Part shown: positions 1 to 9,399 of the stretch, one piece after another
Layout: each line of letters opens with the position of its first letter
How positions within the stretch are numbered: position 1 is the stretch's first letter
Virus record (IMG/VR): IMGVR_UViG_3300022752_004829
Location: 1 to 64,000 of that record
DNA length: 64,000 bases
Origin: a virus
Strand: one strand, 5' to 3'
Program-made: the position numbers and the translations under genes
The notes under the pieces: generated by a model
What the model saw: only the letters and a program-made list of their open reading frames with translations
Told to the model about the DNA's origin: nothing
Databases searched by the model: none

Positions 1-81
1 ATTTTCGCTAGTAATAGTCTTTGGCTCATCGTTAAGAACGATAGTAAGACTACGATCAGTTAATATATATGGTATCTTCAT
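1..81 (-). CDS. rIIB: rIIB-like protein, N-terminal part (runs off the window)
   Basis: Hand-translated MKIPYILTDRSLTIVLNDEPKTITSEN; lies directly downstream of rIIA; AAGGAG ribosome binding site at about 95-100. Confidence 0.7.
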   Translation of the reverse strand, partial: MKIPYILTDRSLTIVLNDEPKTITSEN

Positions 82-102
82 ATTTATAGTTTTACTCCTT
101 TT

Positions 103-2310
103 TTAGTTTTTGTCAATAAGATTTATATATTCGGCAATCTTTTCAATTTTAGCTTTTGAATCAATTTGCCAAACATTAACACAAGGCAGAAAGATATTCA
201 ACATAGAATACTTTTCTTTCACAGCTTTAATGAGTTTTTGTAAATCATAAGTTGGCTGGACATCTTTGAATTTAATATCAAACTCTGCATTTTTCAAAAA
301 CTCCAAAACTTCATTTACTTTCTTAAAGTTAGATTTTTTATAGAACATAACCGCACTCAAGTATTGAGCAAACTCACTATTATTTTTAGTGATAGAGCTA
401 TGTTTATTAATTCTTTCTGCAAGATCAGAAAACTCATCACCATCATCTTCTTTAATATGATTTTGCCAATGCTTTGAATCTATAACGAGTTGAGCAGTTT
501 TATCAAACTCCTCACGAAGATGCTCCTCCATATACTCCCATAGATTAACAAGATTTTTATTCTTCGAAATTACTTTCTTTTTGCTTTCAAAAGTCTTGGA
601 TTTAATTCCATAGATTTCTGTAATCTTTTCGCCAGTAAGCTCCTCATACTTTTCTAGTGTGTCCTTGAAAGAACCATTACCAATTAAAGTTGTTCCATTC
701 TTTGCTACTGCTTGGAATGTATTAAGTTCCACATAGATAGCTTTGTCATTAGCAAGATCAATGCTCATAGTTTCCCAATGAGAGGATTTAGTTCCCCAAT
801 TACGAGCATCATCACGCTTAAACTTAAAGATTTGAGAAGAATGTTTCGGATTCTTTGGTGCTACTGATGAAGAACCAGAGCTAACTTGCTGAATACTAAT
901 CTTTTCGTAATCAGAAAGTTTAAGGTAATTCTTTTCTACAAGACCGAGTTGCTTATCAAATATGTTTTTATCGGCATCAGTTTTAGGTGTGATAACATAA
1001 GCACCATCAATCTCATCACCTAATTGATTCCAGAGCGTTGCTAATCTGAAAGTCACACCTTGCGTAGAACCAGTATCATTAATTAGAATCTTGTGAGACT
1101 TCTCACAAATGATTCTAGAATCTTCCGCTTCTGAAACGAGTTTTGTGCTTCTGCGAGACTTCTGATAAAATCTCACTACAACTTCACCAGCACACACTTT
1201 GTCTATGATAGTTTTATTGAACGGAATAATATGATCGTTGATAACTTTACCATTCCATTGAATCTTATTGTTCAAAGAGCTACGAACAATATAGCCTAAA
1301 CTGCCGTGAGTTCCAAATACTTCTTGGAACAAACACTTAACATCAAAAATATTGTCAGATGCTTTAAATTGATTTGAGATTGATTCTGCAATCTCTTGTT
1401 TTACTTTCTTGAATTTAGCTTTGATAGCTTTCTTGGTCTTGTCAGTATATTCAAGACTCTCACGGCTTGCAGTAATATCTAGTTCACCTAGCTCAAAATC
1501 TACTTCAAAACCTTGATTGCAAAGACTTTCCAAGTCATCATCTTTGAAATCTACATCACTAGTATCAATAGAGTATCCAACGCCCATTACTGCGACAGAG
1601 TTAGAGCGACTATAATAATCACCTTTTTCGGCATAATAACGCCAAGATTTGCCTTCAAATACAGGCTTACGATCATAAACTTTTGCTAGTTCGTCTTTAG
1701 TTGCACCTTTGATAACTGGCTTATTCTTAAAGTGTTTGAATAAATTAATCGCAGTATTCAAAAAGGTTTGAGTATCATCTTCACGAATCGGAACAGAAAT
1801 CATAACGCCAGAAGGCTCGGAAGATTTTTCTTCTTTGAGCTTTACAATCTTACCGATTTTAGTCTCGTCAATAAAAGCGTTGTAAGTGGTTTTCTTACCA
1901 GCGTGATAAGAAATCAAAACAAAATTATCACCATAGCTGAATGGTGCAAACTTACCAATGCCATAATAGCCAATAGCGGAATTATTATTACGCTTTGTGG
2001 ATTCACCATAAAAACAATAAAGATTCTTAATATCATCAGCAGAAAGACCATTACCAAAATCTCTGATAGTCAAAGTAGGGTCGAGCTTTGTAGGAAGTTT
2101 AACTTCGATAGAACGCTTGCTATTTGCTTCGATATTAGCGTCTTGTGCATTACAAGCGATCTCACGCAAAACTGCGAGAGGCTTGTTGGAATACAACTGA
2201 TTGCGAAGGATGTTAAAGATATAAGGAAGTCCAGATTGTTTGATTCCAAAACTTACGGACTCAAAACTATCGGACTCTACAACATTGATGGGTTTTTCGA
2301 TTAATTTCAT
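103..2310 (-). CDS. rIIA: rIIA-like protein with N-terminal GHKL/Hsp90-like ATPase domain
   Basis: Motifs LYSNKPLAVLREIACNAQDA, IRDFGNGL, STK, IGYYGIGKFAPFSY, GELDITASRESLEY. Confidence 0.85.
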   Translation of the reverse strand: MKLIEKPINVVESDSFESVSFGIKQSGLPYIFNILRNQLYSNKPLAVLREIACNAQDANIEANSKRSIEVKLPTKLDPTLTIRDFGNGLSADDIKNLYCFYGESTKRNNNSAIGYYGIGKFAPFSYGDNFVLISYHAGKKTTYNAFIDETKIGKIVKLKEEKSSEPSGVMISVPIREDDTQTFLNTAINLFKHFKNKPVIKGATKDELAKVYDRKPVFEGKSWRYYAEKGDYYSRSNSVAVMGVGYSIDTSDVDFKDDDLESLCNQGFEVDFELGELDITASRESLEYTDKTKKAIKAKFKKVKQEIAESISNQFKASDNIFDVKCLFQEVFGTHGSLGYIVRSSLNNKIQWNGKVINDHIIPFNKTIIDKVCAGEVVVRFYQKSRRSTKLVSEAEDSRIICEKSHKILINDTGSTQGVTFRLATLWNQLGDEIDGAYVITPKTDADKNIFDKQLGLVEKNYLKLSDYEKISIQQVSSGSSSVAPKNPKHSSQIFKFKRDDARNWGTKSSHWETMSIDLANDKAIYVELNTFQAVAKNGTTLIGNGSFKDTLEKYEELTGEKITEIYGIKSKTFESKKKVISKNKNLVNLWEYMEEHLREEFDKTAQLVIDSKHWQNHIKEDDGDEFSDLAERINKHSSITKNNSEFAQYLSAVMFYKKSNFKKVNEVLEFLKNAEFDIKFKDVQPTYDLQKLIKAVKEKYSMLNIFLPCVNVWQIDSKAKIEKIAEYINLIDKN

Positions 2311-2316
2311 ATATTG

Positions 2317-2345
2317 AATTTAAATTAATTTTAAATGTGTGTCAA
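2317..2345 (-). promoter_or_regulatory. sigma70-type promoter for rIIA
   Basis: TTGACA-N17-TAAATT, then 6 nt to ATG. Confidence 0.7.
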
Positions 2346-2353
2346 ATTATATT

Positions 2354-3469
2354 TTATTCGTAGCTATCTCTATCAATAGCAATCACATAAGGAAATCTTG
2401 GCACATCATCGGGCGTATAATTAAAAAACTTTATGGTAGCTTTTTTGCCAACAAGTTTATTTTTATCTTTAAGAAGTTTGGCTAGATAATCAAAATCACC
2501 TTTGATATTGCTCTTAAAGTTTCTGCCGTGTTTATTTTTGAAAACCATATAACCAGCAGTTCCTTTTCTATTGCCCTCACCTTCAACAACTTCTTGGATT
2601 ATAAATTCTTCGTCCATAAAATCTTTTCTTTTAAGAAGATTCTTACTACGCTTATTTTCATAAGGACGATTTAATCTAACCATTTGACCTTCATAGCCTT
2701 GCTCCATATATAATTCGTAGGCTTCATCAAGTTCTTCTTGTTTGTTAATTTTTAATGTAGTGACAACTTTGATCTTTTTATATTGATTACTCTTTTTAAG
2801 AGCATCTAATACAAGTTCATATCTTTCATAAAATGAATCGGTCTGAGAAGCTATACCGATTTTAGGTGCATCATAAACCCAATATTCAATAGTTTCTGCA
2901 CTTTCTTCTAGTTCTTCATCAGTAGGTTTCGTTCTCTTTACTAGCGAACAAATTTTATTAAAATCGTTTGCTAACTTATCACAATATAGTTCTCCATCTA
3001 GAATAGCGTTAGGATATTTTTTGAAGAATCCTTCTAGATTTTCTCGGATATGAGGAGCAGAAATTATTTTCTTACCATTACGAGAAAACATACCATCTTT
3101 TGTGACTATACAACGAATACCATCTAGTTTAGGTTGAGAATAAACAGGAAAATTAATATCGTAATCTCCGTATTTATGGGCAAGCATAGGTTCAAAGAAT
3201 TGAGTTTTATTAATATCTTTTATAGATTCAAAATAACCAGATTCCAATTTCTTTTTGCGTTTTGCTTCTGCTTCTTTGATTGCTTGTTCTTCTGGAGTTG
3301 TGGCGTTAGCACGACCAGCATTTTTTACATCACAATCTGTCCATTCATTTGTAATTTTCTCACCATCAGTATGACCAGAAATTGTGCGGTATTGATTTCC
3401 TTTAACTTCGATAGTCCACTCTTGGACTTTACCAGCCTTTGTCTTTTTATAAATTGTAGGTAGCTTCAT
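2354..3469 (-). CDS. ATP-dependent DNA ligase
   Basis: EPMLA, QPKLDGIR (KxDG), LDGELY, GYEGQMVR, LLKRK, PRFP. Confidence 0.93.
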   Translation of the reverse strand: MKLPTIYKKTKAGKVQEWTIEVKGNQYRTISGHTDGEKITNEWTDCDVKNAGRANATTPEEQAIKEAEAKRKKKLESGYFESIKDINKTQFFEPMLAHKYGDYDINFPVYSQPKLDGIRCIVTKDGMFSRNGKKIISAPHIRENLEGFFKKYPNAILDGELYCDKLANDFNKICSLVKRTKPTDEELEESAETIEYWVYDAPKIGIASQTDSFYERYELVLDALKKSNQYKKIKVVTTLKINKQEELDEAYELYMEQGYEGQMVRLNRPYENKRSKNLLKRKDFMDEEFIIQEVVEGEGNRKGTAGYMVFKNKHGRNFKSNIKGDFDYLAKLLKDKNKLVGKKATIKFFNYTPDDVPRFPYVIAIDRDSYE

Positions 3470-3475
3470 AGTTCC

Positions 3476-3504
3476 AGTTTATACTGGATAAGCCACGATG
3501 TCAA
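3476..3504 (-). promoter_or_regulatory. sigma70-type promoter for the ligase
   Basis: TTGACA-N17-TAAACT, then 6 nt to ATG. Confidence 0.75.
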
Positions 3505-3707
3505 ATTTTGTTTTTTTTTGATTTAGAAGGAGTTGCGACTTTCAATAAAGTCCAAGTGCCGTTTTTGTTATCGTGCCAATCTATCGTATCACCGATTTTC
3601 CAACCCATCTTTTTTATCAAAGAATTTGGCAATTCAATATACAAATAACCATCTTTTTCTTTAACTTCAAGAGTATGAGAGTATTTATTTTTCATTTTCC
3701 GAATCAA
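3501..3707 (-). CDS. AbrB/MazE/SpoVT-family DNA-binding protein
   Basis: LYIELPNSLIKKMGWKIGDTIDW swapped-hairpin pattern. Confidence 0.75.
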   Translation of the reverse strand: MIRKMKNKYSHTLEVKEKDGYLYIELPNSLIKKMGWKIGDTIDWHDNKNGTWTLLKVATPSKSKKNKI

Positions 3708-4293
3708 AAGTATTTAATTTAAATATGTGTTGTAAATTATATTTTATAATATTTTCATTTACAATTCTACCCGCTTCATCTTCGGTCTTATAAAAGCCTA
3801 GATGTATTTCTTTTGATTTTTTATTTAAAAAATCTGGATGATTTTTAGGAATTGTGATTCTTGCTCTCCAAATTTTACCTGTTTTTAATTTCGCCTGTTT
3901 CTTATCTAAGGTGACTCCAATATGCTTTGAAGATGTTTTCTTTCCATTAAAAAATTTTCTTTTATCTCCATAATATCTATTCTCTGGCATCGTTAATGGC
4001 CTTAAATTATCTATGCTATTATTTAAAGGATTAAAGTCTATATGATCTATTTCTTCTGGTAAATATCTATGTTTGTGATAAAAAAGAACATTATGTAATA
4101 ATAGTCTTATAACTTTTCCGTGTCTGCTATAATTAATTTGAGGATATTTGCAACCACCACTTACTTGAGGAATATATGTGTGATTAGTTTTTCTTCTAGA
4201 AACAGATTGTTTTTCTAAATCAATTAAAAACTCTTTGTCCATCTCATCTGCGGTAGGCCAAAGATGTGTGACTACTCTGAAATTTTTTTTCAT
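3685..4293 (-). CDS. HNH homing endonuclease with AP2-like C-terminal domain
   Basis: EIDHIDFNPLNNSIDNLR; SSKHIGVT...WRARI...IHLGFYKTEDEAG. Confidence 0.85.
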   Translation of the reverse strand: MKKNFRVVTHLWPTADEMDKEFLIDLEKQSVSRRKTNHTYIPQVSGGCKYPQINYSRHGKVIRLLLHNVLFYHKHRYLPEEIDHIDFNPLNNSIDNLRPLTMPENRYYGDKRKFFNGKKTSSKHIGVTLDKKQAKLKTGKIWRARITIPKNHPDFLNKKSKEIHLGFYKTEDEAGRIVNENIIKYNLQHIFKLNTFDSENEK

Positions 4294-4958
4294 CTTGGAG
4301 TTAAAACTTTAACAAAAAATCTAATACCCTTCCAATTCATCCAATCTAAAACTCTAATAAGTTTAGTAATATATTTTTGAATTGTCCAGCCAGTTTTTTC
4401 AACAGAACGAACATAATAATTAAAATAAATTCTATAAACTGGACAACGCATCTTCTTTTCGTGAAGATTGATCTCTGCTTCTAATTTTAATTGAGATTCA
4501 ATCCTATCTTTGCTAGGATATTTTTGATATTCTGGAAGGATTGTAAGTTCTTTTATCTCACCTTTAACTACAACAGCTTTCCAATCTGGATAAAAGTCTG
4601 TGGCATCAATATTATCACCATTCACAACACAACCAAAAGTAAAAGTTCCAGTATAATCGTCACGAAACTTATCATACTTTTTATCAACTACCCACTTTTG
4701 TTTCCAAAGAGAAGGAATCCTAATCCAATTATTATATTTTTTATTATCAGCTTCTATTTCTTCTTTTGTCTTATCTTCGTAATGTCCTTCAATTACTTCT
4801 TCATATAATTTATTATCTCTTAAAATATAAGTAGAAAGACAATTTTCTTCTATTTCTTTCGTCTGAAATTCCTCGTCTCGCCAATTACGATTTAGCGTTT
4901 TTAATGTAGCATCAAGAGGAAGTTCCTGTTCTACTCGGACATAATTAAATAATCCCAT
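4290..4958 (-). CDS. hypothetical phage protein
   Basis: 222-aa ORF coupled to its neighbours. Confidence 0.6.
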   Translation of the reverse strand: MGLFNYVRVEQELPLDATLKTLNRNWRDEEFQTKEIEENCLSTYILRDNKLYEEVIEGHYEDKTKEEIEADNKKYNNWIRIPSLWKQKWVVDKKYDKFRDDYTGTFTFGCVVNGDNIDATDFYPDWKAVVVKGEIKELTILPEYQKYPSKDRIESQLKLEAEINLHEKKMRCPVYRIYFNYYVRSVEKTGWTIQKYITKLIRVLDWMNWKGIRFFVKVLTPR

Positions 4959-4973
4959 ACTACTTATTATAAT

Positions 4974-5636
4974 TTAAATTTTTATTAAGTCAATGTTATT
5001 CTTATTATCTATAACAACAAAAGAAGCTCGCTCCTCACAAAAACTACCAGTATTAATATATTTATCCGAGTATTCAGCTATATGTGAATGACCACAAATT
5101 ACTTTATCATAGTTATTATTTTCTATATATTTGAGAGCATTTCTTTTCATATCACAGCTTTTCTCTATGAAATTATTTGTTCTATTCTTAAAGATACTAA
5201 AGAAATCATCAGCAAATGGAGTATAATGTCTGAATATGTAATATAATCTTACAATAAAATTTGTTATCCATTTATATTTTGTAAAATAAATATCAAAAAT
5301 ATCGCCGTGAACAACAAGAATCTTTTGGTCTTTCAATTCTAAGATATATTCATCCTTGCAATCGAAGCCGAGAAGAATACTCATAAACTCTGCTTTGAGA
5401 AAACAATGGTTGCCAATTAGGTAAATTACTTTTTGTTTTTTAGATAATTTTCTTAACTTAGATAATACTTTCCAATGATTACCTTTTAAACGATTTAAGT
5501 TGTGGTGGTCAAAAAGATCACCAGCAATTATAATTGTTTTTGCCTTGTGTTTTTTTAAAACCTTTAGTAAGATTTCTGCCTTACAATCTTTATCGCCAAG
5601 ATGAATGTCAGAAATAATTAAGTATTTATTTTTCAT
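4974..5636 (-). CDS. calcineurin-like metallophosphoesterase (LpxH/UDP-2,3-diacylglucosamine hydrolase-like)
   Basis: ISDIHLG, AGDLFD, IGNH, HGDIFD, CGHSH, NTGS motifs. Confidence 0.85.
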   Translation of the reverse strand: MKNKYLIISDIHLGDKDCKAEILLKVLKKHKAKTIIIAGDLFDHHNLNRLKGNHWKVLSKLRKLSKKQKVIYLIGNHCFLKAEFMSILLGFDCKDEYILELKDQKILVVHGDIFDIYFTKYKWITNFIVRLYYIFRHYTPFADDFFSIFKNRTNNFIEKSCDMKRNALKYIENNNYDKVICGHSHIAEYSDKYINTGSFCEERASFVVIDNKNNIDLIKI

Positions 5637-6291
5637 TCTTAATCTGCTCTTTAATTCGGATAAAATTATGTTTATCTATGTATTTTTCTTTTTGTTCTTC
5701 TAGTTCTTGTAGCTTATTGTGTTTAACTAATATTTCTTCATCAATATTTATTATATTTTCTTTGGCGTAATCTCCATATTCTTTTAATAAGAAGTTATTT
5801 CTACAAACAACCGCTAATTCTTCTGTGACAAAACCTTTATCACTAATAAAATTTCCTTTATAAAAAGGCCACCAATAAGAATATCTTTTCATAATTCCTA
5901 CATATTTTTTTGAGACTTTTGATCTTTTTGATTTTTTTCGTCTTTTTATTTTTTCTTCTTTTAATCTATTTAATTTTCCATTAGATGCTCTTAAGTTTGA
6001 AATAGCATCTTTATTTTTTATGTCTTTTTTATGATCTACACTTGGCGGTAATTCACCATAATAAGCGTAGTAAATTAATCTGTGGGCTAATACATCAATA
6101 GATTTGCCATTCTTTGTGACACTAATTCTTCTATAATTTCCCTTAGATGTTGTTGGTCTGCCTACTTCTTTTGGGTGTCCTTTGTCCCAAAATTTTTTAT
6201 CATAAATTTTCCCTGTTTCAAAATCTATGTGGAAATAATTAAAAATTTCTTTATGATCTGGAAATAAAGTTTTTAACTTATCTTGTTTCAT
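5626..6291 (-). CDS. HNH homing endonuclease, divergent
   Basis: LAHRLIYYAYYGELPPSVDH...ISNLR followed by an AP2-like tail. Confidence 0.7.
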   Translation of the reverse strand: MKQDKLKTLFPDHKEIFNYFHIDFETGKIYDKKFWDKGHPKEVGRPTTSKGNYRRISVTKNGKSIDVLAHRLIYYAYYGELPPSVDHKKDIKNKDAISNLRASNGKLNRLKEEKIKRRKKSKRSKVSKKYVGIMKRYSYWWPFYKGNFISDKGFVTEELAVVCRNNFLLKEYGDYAKENIINIDEEILVKHNKLQELEEQKEKYIDKHNFIRIKEQIKNEK

Positions 6292-7181
6292 AACTTGGTA
6301 AAAGATTTTTCTTTCATTTTTAATTCAAAATCTACATCTACATTTAATCCGTATGAATCTGGTATGCGAGTTGCGTAGTCAGCGTGTTTGCGTGGATTCT
6401 TGTGTCCTTCAATACTTTCTGAATAATGAAACAATGGAGTAGTATTCCAAGTAGAATAAGCTAACTCAAACGCTTGCTTCTCGGTTAATCCATCTGGATG
6501 ACACTTGTGATGAAGATAATCAAAAGTAATTGGTATAGCTGTGACAGAATGAAAATGTCTCATAAGTTTTTTAATAGACCAACAAGAATCTTTGTCATCG
6601 TTTTCTATAACTAATCTAGTCTTAACATCCTCTGATAGCTTATCAAAGTTGCTCATAAACTTTTTGACTATACCATTTAGATCACCTTTGGAATTATGTA
6701 TGTGCATATTCATAGGCGAGTTATAGTTTAGTGGACAACCAATTTGCGTCATAAACCAACCATAAAAATTTAATTCTTTGATTGTTTTATCTACTGCATT
6801 TTGATTGTCACTAGCAAGAACATTAAATTCAGAGGGATGACAAGAAACTCTAACATTCGTAGATTGAATTAAAGATTTGATCTTATCGAATTGATCTAGT
6901 ATTAGATTATAGTCTGGTAAATCTTGTAGCGATACATTTGCCTTATCGTAAGTAATAAGAGGAAACAAATCAGAAGATAATCTATATGCGTGTCCATTAT
7001 CCGCACAATATTTAATAGCGTGATATGTGACATCCATATTGTTGAGAATACGAGAAGATAGCTCTCTCAATGCTTCTTCTCTAGGAAGTTGAGAGAATCT
7101 TTTATATGTCATTGTCTTAAACTTTTTTGGAACATCTTGTTCCTCTAGAGATAAGACAATACAGCATACTCCTTTTCTCAT
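6288..7181 (-). CDS. uvsE: UV damage endonuclease
   Basis: YRLSSDLFP, HPSEFNVL, IENDD, FDYLHH, HYSES, HADY, ELKMKE. Confidence 0.92.
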   Translation of the reverse strand: MRKGVCCIVLSLEEQDVPKKFKTMTYKRFSQLPREEALRELSSRILNNMDVTYHAIKYCADNGHAYRLSSDLFPLITYDKANVSLQDLPDYNLILDQFDKIKSLIQSTNVRVSCHPSEFNVLASDNQNAVDKTIKELNFYGWFMTQIGCPLNYNSPMNMHIHNSKGDLNGIVKKFMSNFDKLSEDVKTRLVIENDDKDSCWSIKKLMRHFHSVTAIPITFDYLHHKCHPDGLTEKQAFELAYSTWNTTPLFHYSESIEGHKNPRKHADYATRIPDSYGLNVDVDFELKMKEKSFTKL

Positions 7182-7187
7182 TATCTA

Positions 7188-7216
7188 AATATACTAACCA
7201 TTGTCAATTTTGTCAA
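7188..7216 (-). promoter_or_regulatory. sigma70-type promoter for uvsE
   Basis: TTGACA-N17-TATATT, then 6 nt to ATG. Confidence 0.65.
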
Positions 7217-7595
7217 TATCTACTTTTTCAAAGAATCCAAAACTATTTAGCCTTGTCGTGCCGTGGAACTTATATTTCATTGTAAATCTTTCTGGTTCAA
7301 TAAGAGACAAGAATCTTCTACCTTCTTCTGCTTCGTATAAATAATAATCTTGACCTATAATACATTCTATTCTGCACTCAAAAGTATCCACAAAGCTATT
7401 CCATTCGTGGAGAGAAACTAAAGCGTCATATTCAGCTTTGATCTCTTGGAGCCTCGTCTCTATTTTTTTATTGAGATTTAGATGTCTAACTTGTTGTAGT
7501 TTATCAAGATTCGCAAGCTCAATCTTTGGGGCAGAGTATTCCGCTATATAAGAAGAACTTGCACGATTCTCTAAGGCTCTTTTCAAATCTGTCAT
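7194..7595 (-). CDS. DUF2452-like protein
   Basis: IGQDYYLY...FLSLIEPE pattern. Confidence 0.65.
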   Translation of the reverse strand: MTDLKRALENRASSSYIAEYSAPKIELANLDKLQQVRHLNLNKKIETRLQEIKAEYDALVSLHEWNSFVDTFECRIECIIGQDYYLYEAEEGRRFLSLIEPERFTMKYKFHGTTRLNSFGFFEKVDIDKIDNG

Positions 7596-7768
7596 TTGTA
7601 AATATATGTAGATGAACCATTTTGTTTTTTTAATTCTTTTTTAATCAATGACTTTTGATCTTGCTCTTTCCAAGAAATACTATCATAGTTTTCTTTAAAC
7701 CTATCAGAAAAACAATTTCTTGGCGAATCACCTTTTCCAGCTCCTTTATTTGGCGTTTTTTCATTCAT
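7592..7768 (-). CDS. small hypothetical protein (58 aa, not in the ORF track)
   Basis: MNEKTPNKGAGKGDSPRNCFSDRFKENYDSISW...; ATGA overlap with the next gene. Confidence 0.7.
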   Translation of the reverse strand: MNEKTPNKGAGKGDSPRNCFSDRFKENYDSISWKEQDQKSLIKKELKKQNGSSTYIYK

Positions 7769-7783
7769 AAATATGACTTTTTA

Positions 7784-7878
7784 TATATTTGGCAATTTTT
7801 AGTTAGCAAATAGCCTTTATTTGCAAAAATCCTGTTAGCAAATATGGTATTATATTTGGGATTTTTTTGTTAGCAAAT
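7784..7878. repeat. three tandem copies of a 28-bp element, TATATTTGG-N9-GTTAGCAAAT
   Basis: Copies at 7784-7811, 7816-7843 and 7851-7878; a fourth at 9349-9376. Confidence 0.8.
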
Positions 7879-7879
7879 G

Positions 7880-8173
7880 TTACTTTTTAAAATCGCCAAG
7901 ATCACGATCAAAAGAAAACTTTCCAGTCTTCTCGACAAGGCCTTCATAGGTTTCTTCCGTACAACCAGCCATTTCTGTAAATGGAGCTACTACAGCAAAA
8001 ATTCCGAATGCACCAATTGTCGCAGCAGATGAAATTGGGCGAACTAAGACTAGATCGCCAGTAGCTAGAAATCCATCTGATACATCGTAATCATTATTAC
8101 TTGAATCTACATCTGCCATAGAAACAGAGATAGTTAATACTAAACTTAGGATAATTTTATTTATTTTATTCAT
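7880..8173 (-). CDS. small exported or membrane protein
   Basis: Signal-peptide-like N-terminus; DLVLVRP followed by a hydrophobic stretch. Confidence 0.65.
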   Translation of the reverse strand: MNKINKIILSLVLTISVSMADVDSSNNDYDVSDGFLATGDLVLVRPISSAATIGAFGIFAVVAPFTEMAGCTEETYEGLVEKTGKFSFDRDLGDFKK

Positions 8174-8179
8174 ATAGTC

Positions 8180-8208
8180 ATTATATGATAATTACAAGTA
8201 GAAATCAA
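8180..8208 (-). promoter_or_regulatory. sigma70-type promoter
   Basis: TTGATT-N17-TATAAT, then 6 nt to ATG at 8173. Confidence 0.7.
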
Positions 8209-8250
8209 GATTTATATTTGTTTTTTTTATACATGGAAATATAATTATAT

Positions 8251-8973
8251 GTGTTTAAAGATTTCGAATATATTGATCATCCTTGCGCGGGTTTAGACTT
8301 CGCAGATGATATTGTATGCAAAACCTTCTCTAAAGAAGATTTTAAAGAAGAATATTGTTTTCATGTAAATTTAGATGGCATCTTAAATAAGAAAAAATAT
8401 TATATATTTAATTTAAATAACATAAAAGATAAAGCACTATTGTTTAATGTTTTAAAGAAAATTATAAAAAAGTTAAACTTATATAACTTTAAAAATGAAA
8501 TATATAAATATGTATTAATTGAGACAGGAATTAACTTAAATTCATTTTTTTATATAAACTTTAATAAAAAATTTACTGATAAAAAAATAGACCATTTTAT
8601 TATTAAGGTTGATATGAATAATAATTTTGGATTATATATTCGAGGCTTAAATGTTAATGACTCTTCAAATAATTCATCAGGAAGATCTTTATCTATTAAA
8701 GACGGAATTATAAATTATAAATTATATAGTATAACTAAATATTCAATTGATGAAAGGGACGCTTCTAAAGCAGAAAAAATATGGGCAGAAGAAATAAATT
8801 TAACTTTAAATAAATTGGAAAGTTATTATGAACCTATCGATTATATATTTTCTAATAAAAATTTTAAAGCAAGCTATATAACTAAAGAAGTTGATGGATC
8901 TAAAGGTTTCTACTATAGAAGAATTAATAAAAACGAATCTTCAAAGAAAAATATTTTAAGAATTTACTTTTAA
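8251..8973 (+). CDS. hypothetical protein
   Basis: 240-aa ORF, no recognised motif. Confidence 0.55.
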   Translation: MFKDFEYIDHPCAGLDFADDIVCKTFSKEDFKEEYCFHVNLDGILNKKKYYIFNLNNIKDKALLFNVLKKIIKKLNLYNFKNEIYKYVLIETGINLNSFFYINFNKKFTDKKIDHFIIKVDMNNNFGLYIRGLNVNDSSNNSSGRSLSIKDGIINYKLYSITKYSIDERDASKAEKIWAEEINLTLNKLESYYEPIDYIFSNKNFKASYITKEVDGSKGFYYRRINKNESSKKNILRIYF

Positions 8974-8975
8974 AG

Positions 8976-9083
8976 TTAGAGCCAATCCCAATCTCGCCAC
9001 CAGTATTTAGGTTTATTAGATCTTTCTAGTTTCTTAGGTGAAAATAAATATTTTATAATTTTTAATATAAAGTGGCTGTTCAT
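8976..9083 (-). CDS. 35-aa peptide with Trp-rich C-terminus (not in the ORF track)
   Basis: MNSHFILKIIKYLFSPKKLERSNKPKYWWRDWDWL; own TTGATT-N17-TATATA promoter 6 nt upstream. Confidence 0.5.
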   Translation of the reverse strand: MNSHFILKIIKYLFSPKKLERSNKPKYWWRDWDWL

Positions 9084-9114
9084 TCTATATATATACTATA
9101 TTTTTCTAAAAAAA

Positions 9115-9330
9115 TCAACTATTATTTTGAGGTATAAAATTTACTAAAGCTTCGTCTCCATAGACTTTAAATGATTTTAATTTATAAGCTTTTCGTTCTA
9201 ACATATTCTTCAGTTCATTAATGTATTCGCTTTTCATATAAACTACAATACTTTCGCCGTCTTCAATATCTACGCCATATTCATCTGCAAATTCAGAGCA
9301 AATCGCAAGGGCTTCGTTTTCGTTGCTCAT
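9115..9330 (-). CDS. hypothetical protein
   Basis: 71-aa ORF preceded by a GTGTAA motif. Confidence 0.65.
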   Translation of the reverse strand: MSNENEALAICSEFADEYGVDIEDGESIVVYMKSEYINELKNMLERKAYKLKSFKVYGDEALVNFIPQNNS

Positions 9331-9338
9331 ATATATTA

Positions 9339-9387
9339 TTACACCTTATATATTTGGCTCTTTTCTGTTAGTAAATTAAAAGTGTAA
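9339..9387. promoter_or_regulatory. divergent GTGTAA promoter pair flanking a copy of the 28-bp element
   Basis: TTACAC at 9339-9344, element at 9349-9376, GTGTAA at 9382-9387. Confidence 0.6.
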
Positions 9388-9399
9388 ATTAATTTACTT

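Noticed and set aside
7784-7878. Mini CRISPR array
   Set aside because: The units are only 32-35 bp in total, with 9-nt variable parts, far too short for spacers.
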